Assembly: GCA_946404035.1 (NCBI GenBank)
Contig: CAMJCC010000003.1
Coordinates: forward strand, 1-50,468
Direction: 5' to 3'
From: an uncultured Clostridia bacterium
GTDB taxonomy: Bacteria > Bacillota > Clostridia > Oscillospirales > CAG-272
DNA: 50,468 nucleotides
In this document: piece by piece, positions 8,253 to 17,068 of the stretch
Layout: every line of letters begins with the position of its first letter
Position numbering within the stretch: position 1 is the first letter of the stretch
Program-made: the position numbers and the translations under genes
The notes under the pieces: generated by a model
Databases searched by the model: none
Told to the model about the DNA's origin: nothing
What the model saw: the letters and a program-made list of their open reading frames with translations, nothing else

Positions 8253-10787
8253 ATGCAAAACCGCTCTGTCAAACGGAGAATAACGGTGTCCGTTCTTCTT
8301 GCTTTCGTCTTCCTCGTCATATCCGGCTTGACGCTGTTTTCGCTCTTCGCGTCCGCCGATCCCGTCGACGAGATCCGGGATTTCGGGTTCCAGACGCTGA
8401 CGGGCGACAGTTTGTCGTCGGAGACGACCTCTCTCCGGTTCCTGTTCACGGTCGGTTCGCTCGACTATATTCGCGCGGGGTTCGTCTTTTCAAAGACCAA
8501 CGCGGACCCGACGGTCGGCGGAGAGAATTGCGGCGTTTACGATACGACGGTGGTCCATTCCGCCGTCATCGCCGACGGAGAACGGGTCCCGGCGCCCGAC
8601 GGGCGCTACTGGGTCGCAGTCAAGATGACCCATATCCCGAACGCGGATTTCGACACGCCGATCTACGTCAACGCGTTCGTCGAGGACGGCGAGGGCGTCC
8701 GCTACGCCTCCGTGCGCAACGTCACGGTCCGCCGTGCGTTCGACGACGGCGATTTTCTGCCGGTCTTGCGTTTCGCGCTCACCTCCGACGTCCACACCCG
8801 CGTGATGAACGACGGCGGAGCGAGCGAGGTCGCCACGTCGGACGAGGTCGAGCACTCCGCCCTGATGGCACAGCGGCTCTTCACCTCCTCCTACGCCTAC
8901 GCCGACGGGGAAGAGTACGACGCGCTCGACGCCGTGGTGGTGGTCGGGGACTATACCGACGAGGGGACCGAAAAGCAGTATCAGGCGTTTTTCGGTATCG
9001 TCGACGACAATATGCGCCCGGGCACGACCCTGCTCGCCTGCCTCGGAAATCACGAGTTCCGTTCGCCCCACGAGGACGACGTATCGAACAACTCGAACTT
9101 CTCGACGACCTATACCCGCTTTGAAGACTATTTCGGCTACGATATCGACAACGTTCACGTCATCAACGGCTATACGTTCATCGGCTTCGCCGCCGATTGC
9201 AAAGGCGGTCGCGGCTACACCCTCTCCAAGGCGGAATGGCTCGAGGAGCAGATCCTTGCGGCAATCGCGAGCGATCCGACGGGGAAGAAACCCATCTTCG
9301 TTTTCGGTCACGTCCCGGTCTGGGAGACCTGTCTCGGCAGTATCCGGGAAAACAACTATCCCACCGACGATATCGGCGACGTGCTCGAGAAATACCCGCA
9401 GGTCGTGTACCTTTCCGGGCATACGCACGCTCCGGCTTGCGATCCCGAGTCGATCTGGCAGGGCACCTTTACCGCGATCAACACCGGGACGCTCGCCTAC
9501 GACGACAGCCCGTTCTATACGGGCGACGGTTCGACCCGCGGCAGTTACTTCCGGCGGGATCTGCACGGCGGGTATCAGTACGTGATGCTGGGCAGATACT
9601 TTGAACACGCCGAGTGGTACGCCTCGGTCTATACCATCGTCGAGGTGGACGCCTCCAACCGCGTCCGGCTCCGGTACTACGACGCGGAGGCGGATCGGTT
9701 CATTTTCGATCCGGTCATCATTGATACGATCGGCGAGCCCGAAAACTTCACCTTCACCGCCGAGCGCAAGGCGAGCTCCGAGGCGCCGACGTTCTCCGCG
9801 CCCCTGACCCTGCTTTCGGCGTCCTCCGGGTCGGTGCGCGTTCTGATCCCGAACGCGACCTGCTCCGATTACGTCCGCAGCTACCGTGCCGATCTGATCT
9901 ATAACGGCGACGTCGTCAAGACGGTCTACCGTCAGGCGGGACAGCAGAAATATCCGCTTCCCGACGTTACGGCGTCGTTCTCCGACCTCGACCCGAACAC
10001 CGATTACACCGTCCGGGTCTACGCCTATAACGCGTACGGCGTGATGAGCGACCCCCTCACGCTCGCCGTCCATACTCCCTCCGACAACGGCGGCAACCCC
10101 GCCCCCGACGTTTTCTCGTTCGGGTTCGATAACGAGGGCGTCGCGCGCGATCTGCTCTCCGGCGGGGCGCTGACGCAAAAGGACTATCCGACGGTCACAA
10201 GCGACGGAAACGGCTATTACGCCACCTTCGACGGCAACGACGCCTACGTCTGGAACGGTATTTCCAACTACTACGACGTGTTGGAGACCGGCTTCACCTT
10301 TGAGTGGATCGGTCAGGTCTACGATACGGTGCGCGGAAACGGCGTACTGTCGGGAAGCTACGACGACAACCGATACGTCAACCTCGCGTCCAACCAGGAA
10401 AAGGGCGGAATGGGGCTGGAATACAACGCGGACGGAAAGGCGTATCTCTTCGTCAATATTATGAGCGGCAGCAATAACGACTATTACGGCGCGGGCGCGA
10501 CCATCCCGGTCGGGGAGACCGTCCACCTCGTCGGTACTTACGACGGCAGCGTCATTCGCTTCTACGTCAACGGGGAACTCGCCGCGACCACGAGCAAAAC
10601 CGGCAAGGTCTGGTTCCCGCTGAAAGAGGACGCCCAGTATCTTGTCGTCGGCGGCGATTCGACAAAACTCCCTTGGTGGACCGAGCGCAATATGAACGGT
10701 GAGGTCCGGGCGATGAACATCTATTCGTCGGTGCTCTCCGCCGAAGCCGTCCAAGCCAAGTATCTGGCGTCGGGTCTTGCGGATTGA
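8253..10787 (+). CDS. secreted calcineurin-like metallophosphoesterase with FN3 and LamG/ConA-like domains
   Basis: Start reset to ATG 8253 (aaggag RBS). Signal peptide ending FASA; SDVH, GDYTD, GNHE and GHTH metallophosphoesterase motifs; LDPNTDYTVRVYAYN (FN3); HLVGTYDGSVIRFYVNG (LamG). Confidence 0.85.
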   Translation: MQNRSVKRRITVSVLLAFVFLVISGLTLFSLFASADPVDEIRDFGFQTLTGDSLSSETTSLRFLFTVGSLDYIRAGFVFSKTNADPTVGGENCGVYDTTVVHSAVIADGERVPAPDGRYWVAVKMTHIPNADFDTPIYVNAFVEDGEGVRYASVRNVTVRRAFDDGDFLPVLRFALTSDVHTRVMNDGGASEVATSDEVEHSALMAQRLFTSSYAYADGEEYDALDAVVVVGDYTDEGTEKQYQAFFGIVDDNMRPGTTLLACLGNHEFRSPHEDDVSNNSNFSTTYTRFEDYFGYDIDNVHVINGYTFIGFAADCKGGRGYTLSKAEWLEEQILAAIASDPTGKKPIFVFGHVPVWETCLGSIRENNYPTDDIGDVLEKYPQVVYLSGHTHAPACDPESIWQGTFTAINTGTLAYDDSPFYTGDGSTRGSYFRRDLHGGYQYVMLGRYFEHAEWYASVYTIVEVDASNRVRLRYYDAEADRFIFDPVIIDTIGEPENFTFTAERKASSEAPTFSAPLTLLSASSGSVRVLIPNATCSDYVRSYRADLIYNGDVVKTVYRQAGQQKYPLPDVTASFSDLDPNTDYTVRVYAYNAYGVMSDPLTLAVHTPSDNGGNPAPDVFSFGFDNEGVARDLLSGGALTQKDYPTVTSDGNGYYATFDGNDAYVWNGISNYYDVLETGFTFEWIGQVYDTVRGNGVLSGSYDDNRYVNLASNQEKGGMGLEYNADGKAYLFVNIMSGSNNDYYGAGATIPVGETVHLVGTYDGSVIRFYVNGELAATTSKTGKVWFPLKEDAQYLVVGGDSTKLPWWTERNMNGEVRAMNIYSSVLSAEAVQAKYLASGLAD

Positions 10788-10799
10788 CTGAAACAAACG

Positions 10800-10835
10800 A
10801 AAAAAAGCGGGGGCGTTCGCGCCCCCGCCGTTTTT
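10800..10835. terminator. bidirectional terminator
   Basis: A-run, gcgggggcg-ttcg-cgcccccgc, T-run, between convergent genes. Confidence 0.85.
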
Positions 10836-10838
10836 GGT

Positions 10839-12059
10839 TTACCGTTTTTCGATCGGATAGTACTTTGCCAAGCCGCCCGAGGAGGTCTCGCGATAGCCGA
10901 GCGGAAGATCGGACCCCGTGTTGTACATCGTTTTGACGACGAGATCGAAACTGATCTTGTGCGTATCCGCAAGAAAGTTGGCAAGCGAAAGAGCGTTGAT
11001 CGCCCGCATCGCCGCGACCGCGTTGCGCTCGATGCACGGGATCTGCACCAGCCCCCCGATCGGATCGCAGGTCAACCCGAGATGGTGTTCCATCGCGACC
11101 TCCGCGGCGTAGTCGATCTGATCAAGACCCATTCCGAAGAGTTCGGCAAGCGCCGCCGCCGCCATCGAACACGCCGAGCCGATCTCCGCCTGACAGCCGC
11201 ATTCGGCGCCGCTGATCGACGCGTTGGTCTTGATGATATTGCCGATCACCCCCGCTGCGGCGAGCGCCCGCAGGATCTCTTTATCCGAGAAGCCGCGCGC
11301 CTCCTGCATATAGCGAAGAACGGCGGGAAGAACGCCCGACGAGCCGCAGGTCGGCGCGGTCACGATGACCCCGCCCGCCGCGTTTTCCTCGCTCACGGCA
11401 AAGGCGTAGGACGAGACCAGTCGGTTTTCGCGCGTCTGCGGGGACTCGTCGATATGTTTTTTCTGATAGATGATCTGCGCGCGGCGCTCGGTGCCGAGCC
11501 CGCCCGGAAGCACGCCCGTGACCGACAGTCCGCGTTCGATGGACGCTTTCATCGCACCCCAGACCGTTTCAAGATAAGGGAAGAGCCCCGCGCCCTCGAC
11601 CTCCTCGGCATACTGGGAGAGACGGATATTCCGTTTCGCGCATTCGCGCGAGATCTCCCCGAAAGTCGACAGAGGGTAGATCCCCTCCGCGCCGGGTTCG
11701 TCGTCGGGGAAGATCGCGCCGCCGCCGACGCTCCAGATCCGTTCGGTCGTGAGCACGTTGCCGCGCGAGTAAAGCGTGAAATCCATCATATTCGGATGGC
11801 GTTCGGTGGGCGTTTCCCGGTCGAAGATCACCTCTCCCGTCATAGGAGCGAGCGTTTCGCGGATCACGCGGTCGGTGCCGTGCCCTTTTCCGGTCATCGC
11901 AAGCGAACCGTAGAGGACGACCCGATAGCCGTCGGCGTCGGGATACTTCTTTTTTAATTGCAGACAGGCGCGCTCGGGACCCATCGTGTGGGAACTCGAC
12001 GGTCCGCGTCCGATCCGGTAGATCGCGCGGATGGACGGCATGGTTTTTTCGGTTGGCAT
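10839..12059 (-). CDS. sdaA: L-serine ammonia-lyase, Fe-S dependent, single chain
   Basis: IGRGPSSSHTMGP, VTAPTCGSSG, SISGAECGCQAEIG, HHLGLTCDPIGGLVQIPCIERN. Confidence 0.93.
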   Translation of the reverse strand: MPTEKTMPSIRAIYRIGRGPSSSHTMGPERACLQLKKKYPDADGYRVVLYGSLAMTGKGHGTDRVIRETLAPMTGEVIFDRETPTERHPNMMDFTLYSRGNVLTTERIWSVGGGAIFPDDEPGAEGIYPLSTFGEISRECAKRNIRLSQYAEEVEGAGLFPYLETVWGAMKASIERGLSVTGVLPGGLGTERRAQIIYQKKHIDESPQTRENRLVSSYAFAVSEENAAGGVIVTAPTCGSSGVLPAVLRYMQEARGFSDKEILRALAAAGVIGNIIKTNASISGAECGCQAEIGSACSMAAAALAELFGMGLDQIDYAAEVAMEHHLGLTCDPIGGLVQIPCIERNAVAAMRAINALSLANFLADTHKISFDLVVKTMYNTGSDLPLGYRETSSGGLAKYYPIEKR

Positions 12060-12090
12060 GATCGACCTCTTCCGTTTCGTCGTTGCTTTT

Positions 12091-12119
12091 ATTATAGCAC
12101 TTTCCGCGGCGTTTTTCCA
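12091..12119 (-). promoter_or_regulatory. sigma-A promoter for sdaA
   Basis: Minus strand TGGAAA-17-TATAAT with TG extension. Confidence 0.55.
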
Positions 12120-12212
12120 CCCCCTTTTCGCGTTTGTGCCGCCGTCCCCCTGGATCGCGGCGAAAAACTACCTTTATTCTCGCTTTTTTCTTGATTATTT
12201 TGCTTTTATTGC

Positions 12213-12241
12213 TTGCCTTGTCGAACCGTCTGTGCTATAAT
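12213..12241 (+). promoter_or_regulatory. sigma-A promoter for the SGNH hydrolase
   Basis: TTGCCT-17-TATAAT with TG extension. Confidence 0.65.
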
Positions 12242-12271
12242 TGGAAAAGAATAATCGTTGGGAGGATCACG

Positions 12272-13246
12272 ATGAAAGCGGATCTTGATCTTATCAAAAA
12301 AATCACGGTCGGCGCCGTGCGGATATGGGAGGCGCCCGACGGGGTGCATTTTTCCCGTTTTACCGAGGAAGAGGAGGCGGGATGGTACTCCTGCACGAAG
12401 GTGCTGGGCGACCGTTCCCGGTCGCTGTGCGGCATCCGGCTCGATTTTCTGACCGACGCCGACGAGGTCGCGTTTATGCTCTCTTACGGCAACTCGGTCG
12501 ACGTTTGGCTGAACGGCGTTTATAACCGCTCGCTGAAATTCGCGGATATCCGGGAAGCGGGTGAGAGCGAGATGCGCATCCCCCTGGTCGACCAACTCGG
12601 TACCCCGAACGCCGAGACCCGCGTCACGCTCTGGTTCCCGTGTCACGCCGGGGGCGTGCTCGGGTTCCTTGACGCCGTCGGGGCGACCTACATCCGTCCG
12701 CTCGAGTACCGTCACCGCATCCTTTTCCTCGGCGACTCGATCACGCAGGGGTGGAACAGCGCCCGCGAGTCCATGTCCTTTGCCTCTCGCGTCACGCGCT
12801 TCTACGACGCGGACACGCTGAACTGCTCTGTCGGCGGCGGCTATTTCTCGACCGCGACCATCGGGGAAAACGGCTTTAAGCCCGACGCCATCACGATCGC
12901 TTACGGCACCAACGATTTCACTCGTTCCCAGTCGCCCGAGGAACTGCAGGGTAACTGCACCGCTTACCTCGATAAGGTCAAGGCGCTGTACCCGAACGTG
13001 CCGATCTTCGTCATCACGCCCATCATCCGTCACGACAACGCCGAACGGAAAGCGGGCACTTTCGATTGGGTCAGAAAGACCATCGCCGCGGAGGCAAGCG
13101 CGCGCGGGATGAACGTGATCGACGGGTTTTCGCTGTTCCCGACCGACGAGTTTTACTTCTGGGACAGCGTACATCCGAACGAGGCGGGCTTTGCGGAGTA
13201 CGCCCTCGCCCTGATCCCCCAGCTTCAAAAAGTTCTGAAATGGTAA
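12272..13246 (+). CDS. SGNH/GDSL hydrolase (esterase)
   Basis: Blocks GDSITQG, GG, GTND, DSVHP; start reset to ATG 12272 after ggagg. Confidence 0.88.
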   Translation: MKADLDLIKKITVGAVRIWEAPDGVHFSRFTEEEEAGWYSCTKVLGDRSRSLCGIRLDFLTDADEVAFMLSYGNSVDVWLNGVYNRSLKFADIREAGESEMRIPLVDQLGTPNAETRVTLWFPCHAGGVLGFLDAVGATYIRPLEYRHRILFLGDSITQGWNSARESMSFASRVTRFYDADTLNCSVGGGYFSTATIGENGFKPDAITIAYGTNDFTRSQSPEELQGNCTAYLDKVKALYPNVPIFVITPIIRHDNAERKAGTFDWVRKTIAAEASARGMNVIDGFSLFPTDEFYFWDSVHPNEAGFAEYALALIPQLQKVLKW

Positions 13247-13286
13247 AAAGAGATCCCGCCGGGGGCCCCCGGCGGGATCTTTGTTT
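13246..13286. terminator. bidirectional terminator
   Basis: agatcccgccggg / cccggcgggatct flanked by A and T runs. Confidence 0.8.
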
Positions 13287-14448
13287 AACTTCTGTCGACC
13301 GTCACGACGGCGTAGTAGTTCTTGTGTCGCTCTTTGATCTTTTGGCTGACCGCTTCCTTGATCTCGGAAACGGTCATTTTGTTTTCAAAGGGGACCGCCA
13401 CGTCGAAGATCAGGTTGGTGTGGGTCACGCCCGGCACGATGCGGAAATCGTGGACCGTGATGTTCGGGTCGATCTCGCGTACCAACTCCGCCGTTTCCTC
13501 GCGCAGCTCGGCGGTCAGGGCGTCGTCGGTGTTGATCGGGTCCATGTGGATGGTACAGACGATCGAGAGTTCATCGCAGATCCGCCGCTCGACCTCGTCG
13601 ATCACGTCGTGCACCGCGTACACGTCCTCGGAGCCGTCGACCTCGGCGTGGAAAGAGGCGAAGGTGTGTCCCGGTCCGTAGCTGTGGATCATCATATCGT
13701 GGATGCCGAGGATGGCGGGATAACCCGAAACGATGCGGGCGATGGCGTCGGTCACCTCTTTCACGGGCGCCTCGCCGAGCAGGGAGTTCTTGGTTTCAAG
13801 CAGGATGCGGGCGCCCGCCCAGAAGATGAAGAGCGCTACCGCGATGCCGACCCACGCGTCGATGTCGACCCCCGTAAAGCGGAAGATCAGGGTCGAGATC
13901 AGGACGGCGAAGGTCGAGACGGTATCGGAAAGAGCGTCGACGGCGGTCGCCCGCATCACCTCCGACCCGATCTTCTTGCCCAGCCGGTAGTTGAAGAGCG
14001 CCAGCCAGAGTTTCGCCGCCATCGACACCGAGAGGATGACGACGGTCAGAATGCTGAAGACCAGCGTGAATTCGCGCGAGATGATCTTCTGCACCGAGTT
14101 CGAGATGATCTCAAATCCGACGAGCAGGATGAGGAACGATACGACCATCGAGGCGATATACTCGATCCTGGCGTGCCCGAACGGATGGTCGCGGTCGGCG
14201 GGTTTTGCCGCGATGCGGAAACTGAAAAGCGACACGATGCTGGATCCCGCGTCGGAGAGGTTGTTGAACGCGTCGGCGGTGACGGCGATGGAGCCCGAGA
14301 CCGTTCCGGCGACGAATTTCCCCGCGAAGAGCAGCAGATTGACAAGGATCCCGACGATCCCGGACAGCGTACCGTACGCCGCCCGCACCCTCGGGTCGGA
14401 CGTCTTTTCGTGATCCCGGATGAAAAGCCGGGGAAGCAGGTCGGTCAT
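13285..14448 (-). CDS. cation diffusion facilitator (CDF) transporter
   Basis: SIAVTADAFNNLSD, KPADRDHPFGHARIEY, DALSD, C-terminal dimerisation-type domains. Confidence 0.92.
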   Translation of the reverse strand: MTDLLPRLFIRDHEKTSDPRVRAAYGTLSGIVGILVNLLLFAGKFVAGTVSGSIAVTADAFNNLSDAGSSIVSLFSFRIAAKPADRDHPFGHARIEYIASMVVSFLILLVGFEIISNSVQKIISREFTLVFSILTVVILSVSMAAKLWLALFNYRLGKKIGSEVMRATAVDALSDTVSTFAVLISTLIFRFTGVDIDAWVGIAVALFIFWAGARILLETKNSLLGEAPVKEVTDAIARIVSGYPAILGIHDMMIHSYGPGHTFASFHAEVDGSEDVYAVHDVIDEVERRICDELSIVCTIHMDPINTDDALTAELREETAELVREIDPNITVHDFRIVPGVTHTNLIFDVAVPFENKMTVSEIKEAVSQKIKERHKNYYAVVTVDRS

Positions 14449-14487
14449 TTCATTTTCCTTTCGCTTATCAAAAAACCGTTTTCGGTC

Positions 14488-14516
14488 TTTACAAGTCGGG
14501 GTTTTTCTGGTACAAT
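14488..14516 (+). promoter_or_regulatory. sigma-A promoter
   Basis: TTTACA-17-TACAAT with TG extension. Confidence 0.6.
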
Positions 14517-14546
14517 AGAGGGGAAATACGAGAGGGAGGTCCCGGG

Positions 14547-14879
14547 ATGGAAAAGCGCGCGACGGTCCGGTCGGTCGACACCCGCGAATGCCGGAACGTC
14601 AAATCGGTCGAAAAAGCGATCCTGTTCGCGCTCGCTTCGGCGAGAGCGGAGGGGGACCATATCGTGAAGATCCGGCACAGCGAGCGGCGGATCTCCCAAC
14701 TGCGCCCGTTTTTACGCACGCTGCTCCGGCGCGGGGAGATCCGGCTGTTCATCGAGGGGGAGAAACTCGGGGACGAGAACGACCCCGGATCGCTCTACCT
14801 GATGGCGAATTTTCCCTCCGAGACCGCCGACCCCGCCTTCTTCGAGCGGAGCGCGGAGATCACGGTCGTTTGCGTGTAA
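14547..14879 (+). CDS. small protein resembling a stand-alone clostridial Smr-domain protein (degenerate)
   Basis: Own promoter and ggaggt RBS. Pattern (IVKIRH...LRTLLRRGEIRLFIEGE...EITVVCV) recalls stand-alone Smr proteins but lacks the HGxG loop. Confidence 0.55.
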   Translation: MEKRATVRSVDTRECRNVKSVEKAILFALASARAEGDHIVKIRHSERRISQLRPFLRTLLRRGEIRLFIEGEKLGDENDPGSLYLMANFPSETADPAFFERSAEITVVCV

Positions 14880-14905
14880 AGGGAAGAGAAGACCCCCAAG
14901 GGGTG

Positions 14906-14976
14906 AAAAAAGGGACAACGGTATCGCGGCGGCGATCGCAGGATCGCTTGGCCGGCGCCGGTTGTCCTCTTTTTTT
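14906..14976. terminator. long imperfect hairpin between convergent genes
   Basis: aaaaaagggacaac...gcgatc-gcag-gatcgc...gttgtcctctttttt. Confidence 0.6.
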
Positions 14977-15002
14977 GTCTTAAACGTCTGAAAAGAGCAG
15001 GA

Positions 15003-15227
15003 TCAGCCCTTCTTGCTCTCCAGATAATTGACGATGTCGCCGACGGTCACGAAGTCGTTGACCTCCTCGTCGTCGATCACGATCCCGAAGGTATCCTCGA
15101 AGATCTGGAAGAGATCGGCGATCTCAAGCGAGTTGATGCCGAGATCCTTCGACAACTCGGATTCCGGGGTGATCTCCGCCTTGACGCCCATTTTCTCAAC
15201 GAGAAGATTTTTGACCTGTTCAAACAT
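15003..15227 (-). CDS. acpP: acyl carrier protein
   Basis: 74 aa, acidic, DLGINSLE phosphopantetheine site, TVGDIV. Confidence 0.85.
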   Translation of the reverse strand: MFEQVKNLLVEKMGVKAEITPESELSKDLGINSLEIADLFQIFEDTFGIVIDDEEVNDFVTVGDIVNYLESKKG

Positions 15228-15280
15228 ATTGATAGATCCTTTCTACGTCTCATCAGTTACCTGAAAGAGTTATCTCCTAC

Positions 15281-15309
15281 ATTGTACTGTTTTGAAAGCG
15301 CTTTGTCAA
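15281..15309 (-). promoter_or_regulatory. sigma-A promoter for acpP
   Basis: Minus strand TTGACA-17-TACAAT. Confidence 0.75.
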
Positions 15310-15408
15310 TACCCGAGGGCGATTTTTTGTAAAAAGCGGATGTTTTTTGCCGCAAAACGAACGGAGAGGGCGCGCTTCGCCCCCTCCTCTTTTTCTTTCG
15401 GTTTTTCG

Positions 15409-16896
15409 TTACAGCAGGATGCAGATCAGCCCGCTCGACCCCTCGTTGATGATGCGTTCGAGCGTTTCGGCGAACCGCTCGCGCGCTTCTTCCGGCAGAT
15501 TGGTCAGTTTGGCGTGGATGCCCTCGCTCGTCAGATCGTAGAGCGATTTGCCGAACAGGTTGGTGTTCCAGACGGCGCCGGGATCGTCCTCCATCCCCGA
15601 GAGCAGGTATTTCACCAGTTCCTCGGACTGTTCCTCGGTCCCGACGACCGGGTTGATCTCGGTCTCCACGTCCGCGGAGATCAGGTGGATGGAGCGCGCC
15701 GCCGCGCGTAGCCGCACGCCGTAGCCGCCGCTCTGTTTGACGATCTTCGGGTCTTCCAACCGGAGTTCCGAGGCGTCGGGCAAAACGATCCCGTACCCCT
15801 TCGCCTCGCAGTCGCGGAACGCGGGCGCGACCCGGTCCCAATTCTCCCTTGCGCGGACAAGGTCGGTCAACTCGCGCAACAGGTCTCCCTCGTCGTTTAT
15901 TGCAAGCCCGGTCTTCTCCCGCAGCACGTCGAACCAGACCTCGGAGGGCAGCGCGACGTCGATCTTCGCGCGCCCCGTCCCCGCGTCCTGCTCCGCGACG
16001 GTCCAGGTCGCACCCTCCGCCCCGCCTGGCAAGCGCTCGGCAAACTCTTCAAGGCGTGCGAGGTCGCCCATCCGCACGGTCTCCTCGCTAATCTTTGCCA
16101 CTGCGTCGAACAGCGAATTTCGCAGGGGATGGTCGTCATCGAGCGCCGAGAGCCAGGCGGGGAGCCGGAAGCGGATCTCGGACGCCGAGAACTCTGAGAG
16201 CACAAGTCCGAGGACGTGCGACAGGTCCTCGCGGTCGAGTTTGGTGCAATCGACCAGCGCGACCGGCGCGTTGTACTTCTTTTCAAGGTCGTAGGCGAGT
16301 TTGACCGTCCGCTCGTTCGACGGCTCGGCGGAATTGAGGATGATGGCGTAGGGGCGGTTCCTGCCCGAAAGTTCCGCCGCCGCTGCCTCCTCCGCCGCGA
16401 CGTAGTTCTCCCGCGGGATCTCCCCGAAACTGCCGTCGCAGGTCACCAGCATACAGACGGTCGAGTGGTCCGAGATCACCTTGCGGGTCCCGACCTCCGC
16501 CGCCTCAGCAAATGGAAGCGGCTGCTCCGACCACGGGGTCGATACCATCCGGGGGACCCCGTTCTCCTCCATCCCGAGCACGTCGGAAACGGGGAAGCCC
16601 ACGCAATCGACCAGACGGACGTTCAGGCGCGTCACGCCGTCGGGCGTGATCCCGACCGCCTCGTCCGGGATGAATTTCGGTTCGGTCGTCATGACCGAGC
16701 GTCCGTTTCCCGCCTGCGGCAGACTGTCGAGGGTGCGGAGGCGGTCGCGCTCCTCGCGTATGTTCGGGAGGATCATTTCCTCCGCGAACCGGCGGACGAA
16801 GGTCGATTTTCCCGTCCGGACCGGTCCGACCACGCCGATATAGATATTTCCCCCCGTCCGTTCTGCGATATCCCGGTAGATGGTGTGCTGTCCCAT
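15409..16896 (-). CDS. spoIVA: stage IV sporulation protein A (spore coat ATPase)
   Basis: IYRDIAERTGGNIYIGVVGPVRTGKSTF, MTTEPKFIP, C-terminal GLICILL. Confidence 0.96.
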   Translation of the reverse strand: MGQHTIYRDIAERTGGNIYIGVVGPVRTGKSTFVRRFAEEMILPNIREERDRLRTLDSLPQAGNGRSVMTTEPKFIPDEAVGITPDGVTRLNVRLVDCVGFPVSDVLGMEENGVPRMVSTPWSEQPLPFAEAAEVGTRKVISDHSTVCMLVTCDGSFGEIPRENYVAAEEAAAAELSGRNRPYAIILNSAEPSNERTVKLAYDLEKKYNAPVALVDCTKLDREDLSHVLGLVLSEFSASEIRFRLPAWLSALDDDHPLRNSLFDAVAKISEETVRMGDLARLEEFAERLPGGAEGATWTVAEQDAGTGRAKIDVALPSEVWFDVLREKTGLAINDEGDLLRELTDLVRARENWDRVAPAFRDCEAKGYGIVLPDASELRLEDPKIVKQSGGYGVRLRAAARSIHLISADVETEINPVVGTEEQSEELVKYLLSGMEDDPGAVWNTNLFGKSLYDLTSEGIHAKLTNLPEEARERFAETLERIINEGSSGLICILL

Positions 16897-16946
16897 TGTT
16901 TTCCCCCTTCGGCTGACTTTGGTCCCGCGACTGTTTTTCGTCGTCT

Positions 16947-16976
16947 ATCCTATGCAGAAAAACGGCGGGGTAGAAC
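16947..16976 (-). promoter_or_regulatory. putative sigma-E promoter of spoIVA
   Basis: Minus strand GTTCTA...CATAGGAT resembles the mother-cell sigma-E -35/-10 (CATAnnnT); spoIVA is sigma-E dependent in Bacillus and Clostridium. Confidence 0.5.
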
Positions 16977-16998
16977 CTGCGTTTTTTCTCGCTTTCGC

Positions 16999-17027
16999 TT
17001 GACAGGACGGGAGAAAAAGGATATAAT
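16999..17027 (+). promoter_or_regulatory. consensus sigma-A promoter
   Basis: TTGACA-17-TATAAT. Confidence 0.85.
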
Positions 17028-17068
17028 AGAAAAAAACGGGAGTTTTCCCGAAAACGGAGGAAAACCAA

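Noticed and set aside
12091-12103. CIRCE-like half site (tagcactt)
   Set aside because: No second arm 9 nt away; it is explained by the sdaA extended -10 on the minus strand.
12219-12225. Spo0A box TGTCGAA in the SGNH promoter spacer
   Set aside because: A single 7-mer in a genome very rich in TCGA; not supportable without conservation data.
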